From Candidatus Daviesbacteria bacterium (GTDB lineage Bacteria > Patescibacteriota > Microgenomatia > Daviesbacterales > UBA10151), in NCBI GenBank assembly GCA_016186955.1, contig JACPKP010000009.1, forward strand, positions 97,595-161,594: a DNA stretch of 64,000 nucleotides, written 5' to 3'. The notes beneath the pieces are model-generated. The model saw only the letters and a program-made list of their open reading frames with translations, had not been told where the DNA came from and ran no database searches. Numbering within the stretch: the first letter of the stretch is position 1; every line of letters begins with the position of its first letter. Positions 17,312 through 26,282 of this stretch are shown piece after piece. Position numbers and translations under genes: made by a program.

Positions 17312-18280
17312 TTACTTGCCGGTAGCTTTCAAAAGCTCCCACATAACCTTTGCCCGTAAATTATCAGCTCCAAAACTATAAACAACATTTATCGCGATCG
17401 CCTGATCTTTTTCTCTTGGCAACTCAAAATGTTTGTGTCGGATACCATGAACAAAACTCCATTCCTCATGAATTTTCACAACAACTATTTTCCAAATTTC
17501 TCTTTGGGTTTGGGCGAGCTCCCTCAAGGCCCCGAATAAAAACTCACGGTTTTGCTGGTTTATCTCTGGTGGGAAAGAAGGCGACAAGAAAAACACAGCC
17601 GTTTGTTGAGGATCTAAGGTTTTTCCTTGACTGAATGGCGGTAAAGGGTCTGACGGAAGGGGTTGCCCATATGATAATAAATTTTCGAGATCAGACTGCT
17701 TTTTTACTGAAATGCTTCTAAACCAGAGTGGGTTTGCGGCAAAACATAAATGAAAAGTTTCATTGAATCCTAATTTTCTGATGATATAAGGCAGGTATTT
17801 TTTAAGTTCTTCCTGGATTTCTACAGCTTTACCATCGGAAATACTTTTATCAGTTATAATACCCCAGTCAAAATCCGGCTCTTTTATAGAACCTGATGCT
17901 TCGCGCACCATAGCGCCCCCATGAATAGAGCTTCCCAACAAAACCACAGCTTGGATTTCCGGATATTTTTTAGATAATATTTCAAACGCAAAATTGGCTA
18001 CCCCAGCCATTTTTGGGTGGATTGTCACCTCTTCTTCAATCAAAGCATCTGCCAGTTTGTCTAAGCCTATTTTTTCTTCATATCTTCTTACTTCATCAAT
18101 AATTTTATTCAGAGATTGCTGTTTGGGTAATTGTTTTGATATAGCAGCCCTTCGGATGAGTCTTTTAAAGGCATATTTCCATTGTTTGGGGCTTAATGGT
18201 AATGGCGGATCTTCTATAGTTTGATTGGGTTCGTTGTTATCTTTGAGGGGTTCTTCATCTGTTTCAGTATCTTCGTCCAT
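17312..18280 (-). CDS. Hypothetical protein, possible minimal nucleotidyltransferase fold
   Basis: hG[GS]...DxD-like segment [31 protein letters not shown], with atypically long spacing. Acidic N-terminus. Confidence 0.35.
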   Translation of the reverse strand: MDEDTETDEEPLKDNNEPNQTIEDPPLPLSPKQWKYAFKRLIRRAAISKQLPKQQSLNKIIDEVRRYEEKIGLDKLADALIEEEVTIHPKMAGVANFAFEILSKKYPEIQAVVLLGSSIHGGAMVREASGSIKEPDFDWGIITDKSISDGKAVEIQEELKKYLPYIIRKLGFNETFHLCFAANPLWFRSISVKKQSDLENLLSYGQPLPSDPLPPFSQGKTLDPQQTAVFFLSPSFPPEINQQNREFLFGALRELAQTQREIWKIVVVKIHEEWSFVHGIRHKHFELPREKDQAIAINVVYSFGADNLRAKVMWELLKATGK

Positions 18281-18344
18281 ATGGCTAAAATACCATAAAG
18301 ATATTCAACAGAGCAAGGCCGTCCAAAAAGAGTATAATAGAGCC

Positions 18345-19745
18345 ATGAAACCGGAAGCAAAACCCCAAAAACAGGATTACCAGTTTGGTTTTCATGACAA
18401 AGAGGATTATATTTTTAAATCAGGGCGGGGACTTTCCCCGGAGATTGTAACAGCCATCTCAGGTTATAAAAAGGAGCCTAAATGGATGAAAAAATTCAGG
18501 CTGCGTTCTCTGGAGATTTTCAACAAAAAACCCATGCCTTCCTGGGGGGCTGACCTTTCAGGCATTGATTTTGACAATATTTTTTATTATGTCAAACCTT
18601 CTGAGAAAGCGGAAGGAAACTGGGAAGAGGTGCCGGACTATATTAAGAAAACTTTTGATAAACTGGGAATTCCGGAGGCTGAAAGAAAGTTTTTAGCAGG
18701 AGTGAGCGCCCAGTATGAATCTGAGGTAGTCTACCACAACATCAGGCAGGATTTGGAGAAAAAGGGGGTTATTTTTACTGATATGGATTCCGGTTTGCGG
18801 GAACACGAAGGTTTGGTCAAAGAATATTTCGGGACAATAATTCCTCCTGCAGATAATAAGTTTTCTGCCCTAAACAGCGCTGTTTGGTCCGGCGGAAGTT
18901 TTGTTTATGTCCCAAAAGGGGTGGAGGTGGAGATACCCCTTCAGGCGTATTTTAGGATCAATACGGAAAATATGGGGCAATTTGAGAGGACGCTGATCAT
19001 TGCGGATGAGGATTCAAAAGTGCATTACATTGAAGGGTGTACAGCCCCAATTTATTCCTCAGATTCCCTCCACAGCGCTGTTGTTGAACTGATTGCTAAA
19101 AAAGGCGCCCATATCCGCTATACCACCATCCAAAACTGGTCCTCCAATGTTTATAACCTGGTTACAAAACGGGCGGTGGCTTACGAAGATGCAGTGGTTG
19201 AATGGGTTGACGGGAATTTGGGCTCCAAAGTGACCATGAAATATCCCAGTGTATATTTAATGGGTCCTCATGCCAAGGCTGAGATTATCTCTGTGGCGTT
19301 TGCAGGAGAGGGCCAGCACCAGGATGCGGGAGGCAAGGTAGTCCATGTAGCCCCCGAGACAACCTCAACCATCACCTCAAAATCCATCAGCAAAGACGGA
19401 GGAAGGACTTCTTACAGGGGACTTTTGAAAATCCACAAAGGTGCATACGGGTCAAAATCAGCAGTTAGGTGTGACGCCCTGCTGCTGGATGAAAAATCCC
19501 GTTCCGATACTTACCCCACAATTGAGGTTGATGAGGAGAAGGTAACTATTGAGCATGAAGCAACTGTGGGTAAAATTGGGGAGGAACAGCTGTTTTATTT
19601 AATGTCCCGCGGGCTGTCAGAGACACAGGCAAAAACTATGATAGTCAACGGGTTTTTTGACTGTTTTACCAAAGAGCTGCCAATGGAATATGCAGTTGAG
19701 TTAAACAGGTTGCTGGCTATGAGCATGGAGGGGGCGGTGGGTTAA
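18345..19745 (+). CDS. sufB: Fe-S cluster assembly protein SufB
   Basis: Full SufB/SufD beta-helix family signature (e.g. [29 protein letters not shown]). Start set at the first in-frame ATG (MKPEAKPQ), because the upstream part of the track ORF overlaps the divergent gene. Confidence 0.85.
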   Translation: MKPEAKPQKQDYQFGFHDKEDYIFKSGRGLSPEIVTAISGYKKEPKWMKKFRLRSLEIFNKKPMPSWGADLSGIDFDNIFYYVKPSEKAEGNWEEVPDYIKKTFDKLGIPEAERKFLAGVSAQYESEVVYHNIRQDLEKKGVIFTDMDSGLREHEGLVKEYFGTIIPPADNKFSALNSAVWSGGSFVYVPKGVEVEIPLQAYFRINTENMGQFERTLIIADEDSKVHYIEGCTAPIYSSDSLHSAVVELIAKKGAHIRYTTIQNWSSNVYNLVTKRAVAYEDAVVEWVDGNLGSKVTMKYPSVYLMGPHAKAEIISVAFAGEGQHQDAGGKVVHVAPETTSTITSKSISKDGGRTSYRGLLKIHKGAYGSKSAVRCDALLLDEKSRSDTYPTIEVDEEKVTIEHEATVGKIGEEQLFYLMSRGLSETQAKTMIVNGFFDCFTKELPMEYAVELNRLLAMSMEGAVG

Positions 19746-19831
19746 TTATACGATCAAAAGGCGTCCCCTTTTAAGGCTGCGAATACAGAGGTCTGTTGAT
19801 TTAAGCTTTATTTTTTGGTATAACAGTTCCC

Positions 19832-20644
19832 ATGGTTGAGAGAAATTATATTGGGGTAACCGGGGCTGCCACTATTGATGAAATAGACCATCTGTCATAT
19901 TCTTTTAACAAATTTTCCCGTATTTATCACCTTGGGATTTACCATAAACCCATGATTGGGATTTTAGCTTCAACCAAAACCTTGCTTGGTGAACAGACTC
20001 AAAACAGACGTTACCCCAAGGTTGAAGAAATCCCCCTGTTATTTAGGCAAGTTAATTATGGCTTTAAAGTGGTTCATTTTAATTCCCGGGAACCTTCAAC
20101 ATTGTCCAAACAGCTAATAAGCCTTTTTAAAACAGGAGACTTGTATAATGAAAATTTATCAAGGGCAGTCCAATTAAATAATGCCTGGCCGCCTCTGGAT
20201 CAGATAATTGAGACCCAAAAACAATTGCCGGATTTGAAAGTAGTGCTCCAGCTAAACAGTCAAGCTATGGGAAAAAGGTCCTCTGGTGAGATAGCCCAAA
20301 AAGTAGCGGGTTATGGAGATATGATACACCATGTTTTAATTGACCCCAGCGGGGGCCGGGGGAAAGAGTTAGAGGTGGGTAAGGTTGTACCTGTTTATGA
20401 AGCTATAAAACATAGGCGCCCGGATTTATTTTTAGGGTTTGCCGGGAAATTAAGCGGAGAAAATGTTTGGTCAAAATGCCATGAGTTAGTAAGCAGGATT
20501 GGTCATTATAAATTCAGTATTGATGCAGAGAGTGGTGTTAGGGATAAGTTGAGTGAGGATTATGGAAATGACCTTTATAGTAGAGACAAAGTAGAACGTT
20601 ATCTCGAGCAGGCGGCCAGGTTTTTTAGTCCAGACCTACGATGA
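19832..20644 (+). CDS. TIM-barrel protein, phosphoribosylanthranilate isomerase (TrpF)-like
   Basis: Weak resemblance to PRAI (HVLIDPSGGRGKELEVGKV ~ LLDSxxGGTGKTFDW). No other trp genes in the window. Confidence 0.3.
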   Translation: MVERNYIGVTGAATIDEIDHLSYSFNKFSRIYHLGIYHKPMIGILASTKTLLGEQTQNRRYPKVEEIPLLFRQVNYGFKVVHFNSREPSTLSKQLISLFKTGDLYNENLSRAVQLNNAWPPLDQIIETQKQLPDLKVVLQLNSQAMGKRSSGEIAQKVAGYGDMIHHVLIDPSGGRGKELEVGKVVPVYEAIKHRRPDLFLGFAGKLSGENVWSKCHELVSRIGHYKFSIDAESGVRDKLSEDYGNDLYSRDKVERYLEQAARFFSPDLR

Positions 20645-21243
20645 AGAAAAGAGCTTTGATAGGAATTATTTTGGTTGGGATAGTTGTTTTGGGTGTTATA
20701 ATGTACAAAGTTTTTGGAACTAGGGATGTTGTGCAAAGTAGTCCTAGCCCCGAAGCTCAAACTGACATGAAACAATACTCAAAATTCCCGGGTGTTTTGC
20801 CGGACACAGAGTTAACAAACAAACAAGTCGTCATAGAAACCAACAAAGGCAAAATTGCATTTGAAATATACCCTGAAGCTTCCAAAGCTGCCTCAAACTT
20901 CATATTTTTAGCCAAGGATAAGTTTTATGATGGATTGAAGTTTCATCGGGTTGTGCCTGGGTTTGTAATCCAGGGTGGGGATCCCAAAGGCGACGGTACA
21001 GGCGGTCCGGGATATAAGTTTGAAGATGAACCTGTAACTAAAAAATACTTAAAGGGAATTGTGGCCATGGCAAATGCCGGTCCAAATACTAATGGTTCGC
21101 AATTTTTTATCATGCTGGAAGATAACTTGACTTTGCCTCCCAATTACACAATTTTTGGGAAAGTTACTGCAGGCCAAGAAGTGGTGGATCAAATAAAGGT
21201 TGGGGATGAGATGAAGACTGTAGCGATAGAGAATCTAAAATAG
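20641..21243 (+). CDS. Peptidyl-prolyl cis-trans isomerase, cyclophilin type, membrane anchored
   Basis: FHRVVPGFVIQGGDP...GTGGPGYKFEDE...VAMANAGPNTNGSQFFI. N-terminal TM helix. 4-nt overlap with the upstream gene. Confidence 0.85.
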   Translation: MKKRALIGIILVGIVVLGVIMYKVFGTRDVVQSSPSPEAQTDMKQYSKFPGVLPDTELTNKQVVIETNKGKIAFEIYPEASKAASNFIFLAKDKFYDGLKFHRVVPGFVIQGGDPKGDGTGGPGYKFEDEPVTKKYLKGIVAMANAGPNTNGSQFFIMLEDNLTLPPNYTIFGKVTAGQEVVDQIKVGDEMKTVAIENLK

Positions 21244-21244
21244 A

Positions 21245-21634
21245 GTGACTAGAGTCCAGAATCCAGAGTCCAGTAAAAAAGAAAAGGGTTACAGAAAATT
21301 AATAGCATGGCAGAAAGCCAATCAACTAGCTCATCTCGTTTACGATAATACTCAAAACTTCCCAAAAACTGAAATTTTCGGGTTAACTTCTCAAATGAGA
21401 AGAGCTGCCCTCTCAGTATGTGCAAACATAGCCGAAGGTTATTCAAGGAATAGTGCAAAAAATAGAAAACATTTTTACATAATGGCTATAGGATCACTTA
21501 CAGAACTAGAATTTTTCATTGATTTTGCATTTGAAAGGGGTTTGATGGAGAAAACAGAGTATGATAATTTAATTAATCTTGAAGATGAAACGGCAAGAAT
21601 CTTAAATGGTCTTAAAAAATCCACTGGATTCTAG
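21245..21634 (+). CDS. Four-helix-bundle protein (23S rRNA intervening-sequence protein family)
   Basis: KGYRKLIAWQKANQLAHLVYDNTQNFPKTEIFGLTSQMRRAALSVCANIAEGYSR is the family hallmark. GTG start. The ORF is bracketed by inverted repeats. Confidence 0.7.
   Translation: MTRVQNPESSKKEKGYRKLIAWQKANQLAHLVYDNTQNFPKTEIFGLTSQMRRAALSVCANIAEGYSRNSAKNRKHFYIMAIGSLTELEFFIDFAFERGLMEKTEYDNLINLEDETARILNGLKKSTGF
21256..21274. repeat. Left arm of an imperfect inverted repeat flanking the four-helix-bundle ORF
   Basis: CCAGAATCCAGAGTCCAGT pairs 17/19 with the reverse complement of 21623-21641. Confidence 0.55.
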
Positions 21635-21641
21635 ATTCTGG
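21623..21641. repeat. Right arm of the inverted repeat flanking the four-helix-bundle ORF
   Basis: ACTGGATTCTAGATTCTGG. A second partial copy (ACTGGATTCTAC) follows at 21644-21655. Confidence 0.55.
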
Positions 21642-21655
21642 CGACTGGATTCTAC

Positions 21656-21745
21656 TTAATGAGCTAAAACTGAGGCTGCAACCGAAAATCCCAGAAGAGC
21701 AAGGAAGAGTCCGATCAGAAGCACTGCTTGGGGGCGCATCTTCAT
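21656..21745 (-). CDS. Putative 29-aa hydrophobic peptide
   Basis: Hand-translated MKMRPQAVLLIGLFLALLGFSVAASVLAH, a single TM helix. Lies between the IVS-like element and the nrdR promoter. No independent support. Confidence 0.2.
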   Translation of the reverse strand: MKMRPQAVLLIGLFLALLGFSVAASVLAH

Positions 21746-21821
21746 CTTATGATTCAAAGTTAGCACAAAGTTATTGATGGTGTCAAATTTAAGCTAATTG
21801 TTTTACGCTTCAGCCCGATTG

Positions 21822-21836
21822 CACAATATATTGTGT
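21822..21836. promoter_or_regulatory. NrdR box 1 (palindrome CACAATATATTGTGT)
   Basis: Perfect palindrome ACAATATATTGT, matching the NrdR operator consensus, about 90 nt upstream of nrdR. Confidence 0.55.
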
Positions 21837-21912
21837 ATTGACAACCCTTCATCAGGGTATGGTAGTGTAGATAATACAGATAAGGATATATTGGGTGATA
21901 AGTAAAGTTGGG

Positions 21913-21928
21913 ATACAACATATTGTAT
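21913..21928. promoter_or_regulatory. NrdR box 2 (ATACAACATATTGTAT)
   Basis: Near-palindromic NrdR-box-like sequence overlapping the nrdR start codon. Confidence 0.45.
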
Positions 21929-22406
21929 GAAGTGCTTTTTTTGCGGCAGCGACCAAAGCAGTGTTATAGACAAAAGGGCAGTTAGAGGTACGGGGGAAAT
22001 CAGAAGACGTCGTGAGTGTTTAAAATGCCAAAAAAGGTATACTACTTATGAACGTTTAAGCGCGTTTGATTTATATATTCTCAAACGGGATGGGCGCAGG
22101 GAAGTTTTTGATCGGGAAAAACTTAAGGCGGGGCTTCAGCGGGCTTTAGAAAAAAGACCGGCTTTGGAAGATCTGGAAAATATAGTTGATAGGGTTATAA
22201 AACGGCTAAAAACGCGGGGCAAAAAAGAAATTGAAAGTAAAATTGTGGGGAGTTTAGCCCTATCGGAATTAAAGAAAGCAGATTCTGTAGCGTATTTGAG
22301 ATTTGCATCGGTGTATAGGAAGTTTAACGATCCGCTGGATTTTACAAAAGAGCTGGAGAGTTTAGGGAATGGATCCCCTCCGCCAGTTGGCGGATCGCGG
22401 GGATGA
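21927..22406 (+). CDS. nrdR: Transcriptional repressor NrdR
   Basis: N-terminal zinc ribbon MKCFFCGS...CLKCQKRYTTYER, then an ATP-cone. Confidence 0.9.
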   Translation: MKCFFCGSDQSSVIDKRAVRGTGEIRRRRECLKCQKRYTTYERLSAFDLYILKRDGRREVFDREKLKAGLQRALEKRPALEDLENIVDRVIKRLKTRGKKEIESKIVGSLALSELKKADSVAYLRFASVYRKFNDPLDFTKELESLGNGSPPPVGGSRG

Positions 22407-22418
22407 CAAAAGGAAACC

Positions 22419-24899
22419 ATGCCAACATTACAAACTAATTTAAATAGTAAAAATAATACCAAAACCCATACCAATGGTGAAGCCAAAAATGGGCAGGTTA
22501 AAAATGGCCAGAGAAAAGGTACTAATGGTTTTGGCATGGTGCCAGCTCCCAAAATTTTGCCTGAATATGTTCAAGGCGAAACTGTTTTGGATGGTGTGCG
22601 CCAGAAAGTTTTTCTTGACAGGTACTCGCTTAAAGACGAACAGGGCAACCCGACTGAAGAATGTCCTGAGCAGATGTGGTACCGGGTGGCCTGGGGAATA
22701 GCCCAGGAAGAAAAAACGCCTGAACTGCGGAAAGAATGGACTGAAAAATTCTATAAAGCGATGGAAGGATTTAAATTTGTCCCTGCCGGCAGGATTTTAT
22801 CAGGGGCAGGCGCCGGTTATCAGGTGACCTTTTTTAACTGCTATGTAATCCCCTCACCTAAAGATTCCAGGAAAGGCATTATGGAAAATATTACCCACAC
22901 AGTGGAGATTCAGGCCCGTGGTGGTGGTGTAGGTGTAAATCTTTCATCCCTGCGCCCCCATGGAGCGCGGGTTAAAAAGGTCAACGGGACTTCATCCGGC
23001 CCGGTTAATTGGGCGTCGCTTTATTCAACCGCCAACCATGATGTGATCCAGCAGGGAGGCTCCAGGCGCGGGGCGCTGATGCTGATGCTTCATGACTGGC
23101 ACCCTGATGTTTTAGAATTTATCCATGTCAAAGAAGACACCACTAAAATCCCCGGGGCCAATCTTTCTGTTTGTGTCTCAGACAAATTTATGGAGGCTGT
23201 GGATGCGGACAGGGAGTGGGTGACCAAATTTCCTGATACCTCCGATCCTGAATATGATGATGTTTGGGATGGGGATATTGATAACTGGGAGGAGAGGGGG
23301 AAAAAGACCATTGTTTATGAAACCCATAAAGCCAGGGATATTTGGGACCAGATCTGCCAGGCTGCCTGGAGGAGCGCTGAGCCGGGGCTGCATTTTCTGG
23401 AGCGCAGCAATAAATGGAGCAACACCTGGTATTTTGAAAAACTGTTGTCTACCAACCCCTGCGGCGAGCAGCCATTGGGTGAGTGGGCTGTTTGTAATTT
23501 AGGAGCAATGAATTTGGCTGCGTTTGTAAAAGAGGGGATGTTTGATTTTGAGGGGCTAGATTCAACAGTCAGGGTGGCGATGCGTTTTATGGATAATGTG
23601 GTGGATGCAAACTACTATTTTTATGATGTAAATGAAACTAAAGCGAAAGAAATCAGAAGGACAGGTATCGGCACCATGGGGCTTGGAGATGCCCTAATCA
23701 AAATGAAGCTCAAATATGGCAGTGATGAGGCCATGCCGGTTATTGAAAAGATCTACCAGACAATCAGAGATGCAGCCTATGATGTTTCAGCGGATTTGGC
23801 TAAAGAAAAAGGCTCCTTCCCGAAATTTGATAAGGATAAGTATTTGCAGGGGCATTTTATAAAAACTTTGCCTGGGCATGTGATAGAAAAAATCAGCAAG
23901 CAGGGAATCAGGAATGCTGTTATTTTAACACAGGCCCCGACAGGCACAACCTCACTGCTGTCTGGTGTCTCCTCAGGGATTGAGCCTGTTTTTGATTTCC
24001 AGTTCATCAGGAGGGACCGGATCGGGGAACATATTATATATCACCCGTTGTTTCAGGAGTGGAAAGAGGCCCATCCCGGTGAGGAAAAACCCGGATATTT
24101 TGTAGGCGCCAATGATATGACGCCAATGGACCATGTTAAAGTACAGGCGCTCATCCAGGGATATACTGATTCTTCAATCTCTAAAACCGCCAATGCGCCG
24201 CATGATTTTACGGTTGAACAAGTAAAGGAGTTATATTTACAGGCCTATAAAATGGGTTGTAAGGGAGTAACCTTTTTTAGGGATGGTTCAAGGTCAGGTG
24301 TTTTATACCACGAAGAAGATAAAAAAGAAGAGCAACAAGCGCCACAGGAGATTTTTTTGCACAGGCCCATGATACTAAGAGGCAGGACATATAAAATGAA
24401 TACACCTGTGGGCGAGGCGTTTGTGACAGTCAACAGGGACGAAAAAGACCAGCCTTTCGAAGTATTTGTAAATATTGGCAAGGGTGGTATGCACACCATG
24501 GCTGACGCGGAAGCGATGGGCAGGCTAGTGTCTTTGTGCCTCAGGATAGCAGCTAAAACCCCAAGTTCGAGGGCAGTTGCTGAAAAAATTATTGCCCAAC
24601 TGCGGGGGATTGGCGCATCGAACCAAGTAGGGTTTGGCAAAGACCGGGTGATGAGTTTAGCGGATGCCATTGCCAAAGTTTTGGCAGAGGACCTGGCCCA
24701 TGTTCCTGCTGCAGAAGCTGCAGAACCCGTGCCTTTGAATTTAACTATGGAGCAGTCTTCATTAACTGATGGGGAACTAAAACAACACGAACTGGTGGCG
24801 AGTAAACAGGCTGATTTATGCCCTGAATGCGGTAACGCCTCCTTTGCTTATGAAGAAGGCTGCAAAAAATGCTACTCATGTGGATATTCAATGTGTTGA
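22419..24899 (+). CDS. nrdJ: Adenosylcobalamin-dependent (class II) ribonucleotide reductase
   Basis: NPCGEQPLGEWAVCNLGAMNL active-site region typical of class II RNR. C-terminal Cys cluster CPECGN...CKKCYSCGYSMC. 826 aa. Confidence 0.88.
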   Translation: MPTLQTNLNSKNNTKTHTNGEAKNGQVKNGQRKGTNGFGMVPAPKILPEYVQGETVLDGVRQKVFLDRYSLKDEQGNPTEECPEQMWYRVAWGIAQEEKTPELRKEWTEKFYKAMEGFKFVPAGRILSGAGAGYQVTFFNCYVIPSPKDSRKGIMENITHTVEIQARGGGVGVNLSSLRPHGARVKKVNGTSSGPVNWASLYSTANHDVIQQGGSRRGALMLMLHDWHPDVLEFIHVKEDTTKIPGANLSVCVSDKFMEAVDADREWVTKFPDTSDPEYDDVWDGDIDNWEERGKKTIVYETHKARDIWDQICQAAWRSAEPGLHFLERSNKWSNTWYFEKLLSTNPCGEQPLGEWAVCNLGAMNLAAFVKEGMFDFEGLDSTVRVAMRFMDNVVDANYYFYDVNETKAKEIRRTGIGTMGLGDALIKMKLKYGSDEAMPVIEKIYQTIRDAAYDVSADLAKEKGSFPKFDKDKYLQGHFIKTLPGHVIEKISKQGIRNAVILTQAPTGTTSLLSGVSSGIEPVFDFQFIRRDRIGEHIIYHPLFQEWKEAHPGEEKPGYFVGANDMTPMDHVKVQALIQGYTDSSISKTANAPHDFTVEQVKELYLQAYKMGCKGVTFFRDGSRSGVLYHEEDKKEEQQAPQEIFLHRPMILRGRTYKMNTPVGEAFVTVNRDEKDQPFEVFVNIGKGGMHTMADAEAMGRLVSLCLRIAAKTPSSRAVAEKIIAQLRGIGASNQVGFGKDRVMSLADAIAKVLAEDLAHVPAAEAAEPVPLNLTMEQSSLTDGELKQHELVASKQADLCPECGNASFAYEEGCKKCYSCGYSMC

Positions 24900-24916
24900 T
24901 GTATTAAAATATTTTT

Positions 24917-25570
24917 ATGTCCTGTGAAATGTTTCCTCAAGGAGAATACCTGCTGCATAGAACCCCTTTTAATGTCAGGTCTTTTAAAAGGTTAGTTGAT
25001 ATAGACAGAAAGGATAGCGCTAAGGAAGGTTCAAATATAACCCCTGCAGAAGTTTTTCAAGTGTATGAGAGAATACTTACTAAATTCGGTGAGCCATTTG
25101 AAACAACAATGTCGCTAGCGACTACACAGGAATACCCTTTTGAGATAAAAGTGCATTATCAGGGAATTGAGGGGTTCCAGTGCCCGAAGATAGTTTTTTG
25201 GGCGGTTGGTAACTTAGATATGCAGGATGTTGACTTGGGCCGCTCGGTTCCCAAAGAAGACCCGCCAATCAAGGATATGGATCTATTTTTAGGGGATGTG
25301 TATAAGGATGGAAATAGATTATCGGTTGTTTACAGGTTCGACCCGGATAAAATTGTAATGGGCTATCATGTGATTAATAACTCATCTATAAGGGGGTTGG
25401 AAGAATTGGTTTCGGGGAGTGAAAGATTGACTGATCTGGTTAATTTTGCCAAATTTTTAGAAAATACCTTCAAGACGCCAAAAACTATCGGTTTGGTAAG
25501 GGCTGTTTATAATACAAGCCGTGTAGGCCAGATCTTAGGGAATTGGATCCTGTCTTTTAAAACATCCTGA
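24917..25570 (+). CDS. Hypothetical protein
   Basis: 217-aa ORF between nrdJ and cobO. No motif recognised. Confidence 0.4.
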   Translation: MSCEMFPQGEYLLHRTPFNVRSFKRLVDIDRKDSAKEGSNITPAEVFQVYERILTKFGEPFETTMSLATTQEYPFEIKVHYQGIEGFQCPKIVFWAVGNLDMQDVDLGRSVPKEDPPIKDMDLFLGDVYKDGNRLSVVYRFDPDKIVMGYHVINNSSIRGLEELVSGSERLTDLVNFAKFLENTFKTPKTIGLVRAVYNTSRVGQILGNWILSFKTS

Positions 25571-25641
25571 ATCGAATCACAGGGATTAAAATTCAAAAAT
25601 TCCACCCCCGAAAGTATAAAGTTCAAATACGTATTTTAATA

Positions 25642-25669
25642 GGTAATATCTGGCAATATTTGGTAATAT
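25642..25669. repeat. Three direct octamer repeats GGTAATAT/GGCAATAT/GGTAATAT spaced 10 bp apart
   Basis: Seen directly 10-37 nt upstream of the cobO start. The phasing is one helical turn. Confidence 0.4.
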
Positions 25670-25678
25670 TAGGATTCC

Positions 25679-26239
25679 ATGAGCGAATTTAAAAAGAAAA
25701 AGTTTAAGCAAACGGATAAGGGACTGGTGATTGTTTATACCGGGGAGGGTAAAGGCAAAACTACTGCTGCTTTAGGTCTGGCGCTGCGTGCGGCAGGCTA
25801 TAAAAAAAAGGTTCTAATAGTCCAATTTGGTAAGGTTTGGTTTACAGGAGAACTGGAAGGAATCAAAAAGCTAGCTCCGTATGTGAAACTGGTCCAGGGT
25901 GGTTTGGGGTTTGTGAAAATTTTTGATGACAGCTCACCCTTTTCTGAACATATTAAAGCAGCGCAAAAAACTTATGATTATTTATATAAGGAGGTTTTGT
26001 CGGGTAAATGGGATATGGTGATTGCTGATGAAATTGTGGGGGCAGTAGCAGGAAAACTGTTAAAACATGAGCATTTAATCAGGCTTATTAAAGACAAACC
26101 TGTCAAGATGGATTTGGCGCTGACAGGCCATCATGGCAAAAAGAATTTGTTTAAGCTGGCAGATTTGGTTACTGAAATGCAACCTATCAAACACCCTTTC
26201 CAAAAGGGAATTTTGGCAAAGATGGGTGTTGACTATTGA
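25679..26239 (+). CDS. cobO: Cob(I)alamin adenosyltransferase (CobA/CobO/BtuR family)
   Basis: P-loop YTGEGKGKTTAALGLALRAAG, ~186 aa. Consistent with the adjacent B12-dependent RNR. Confidence 0.8.
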   Translation: MSEFKKKKFKQTDKGLVIVYTGEGKGKTTAALGLALRAAGYKKKVLIVQFGKVWFTGELEGIKKLAPYVKLVQGGLGFVKIFDDSSPFSEHIKAAQKTYDYLYKEVLSGKWDMVIADEIVGAVAGKLLKHEHLIRLIKDKPVKMDLALTGHHGKKNLFKLADLVTEMQPIKHPFQKGILAKMGVDY

Positions 26240-26282
26240 CAAATATTAGCACTCATGATATTATAGTGCTAAATCGTAAACT

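Noticed and set aside
18225-18344. Extended N-terminus for SufB
   Set aside because: The region overlaps the 5' end of the divergent minus-strand gene. The first in-frame ATG (18345) gives a SufB of typical length (~467 aa).
25571-25678. Cobalamin riboswitch upstream of cobO or nrdJ
   Set aside because: The intergenic regions are only ~108 nt and 12 nt, and lack the B12-box (GCCACTG-like) core. The octamer direct repeats look like a protein operator instead.
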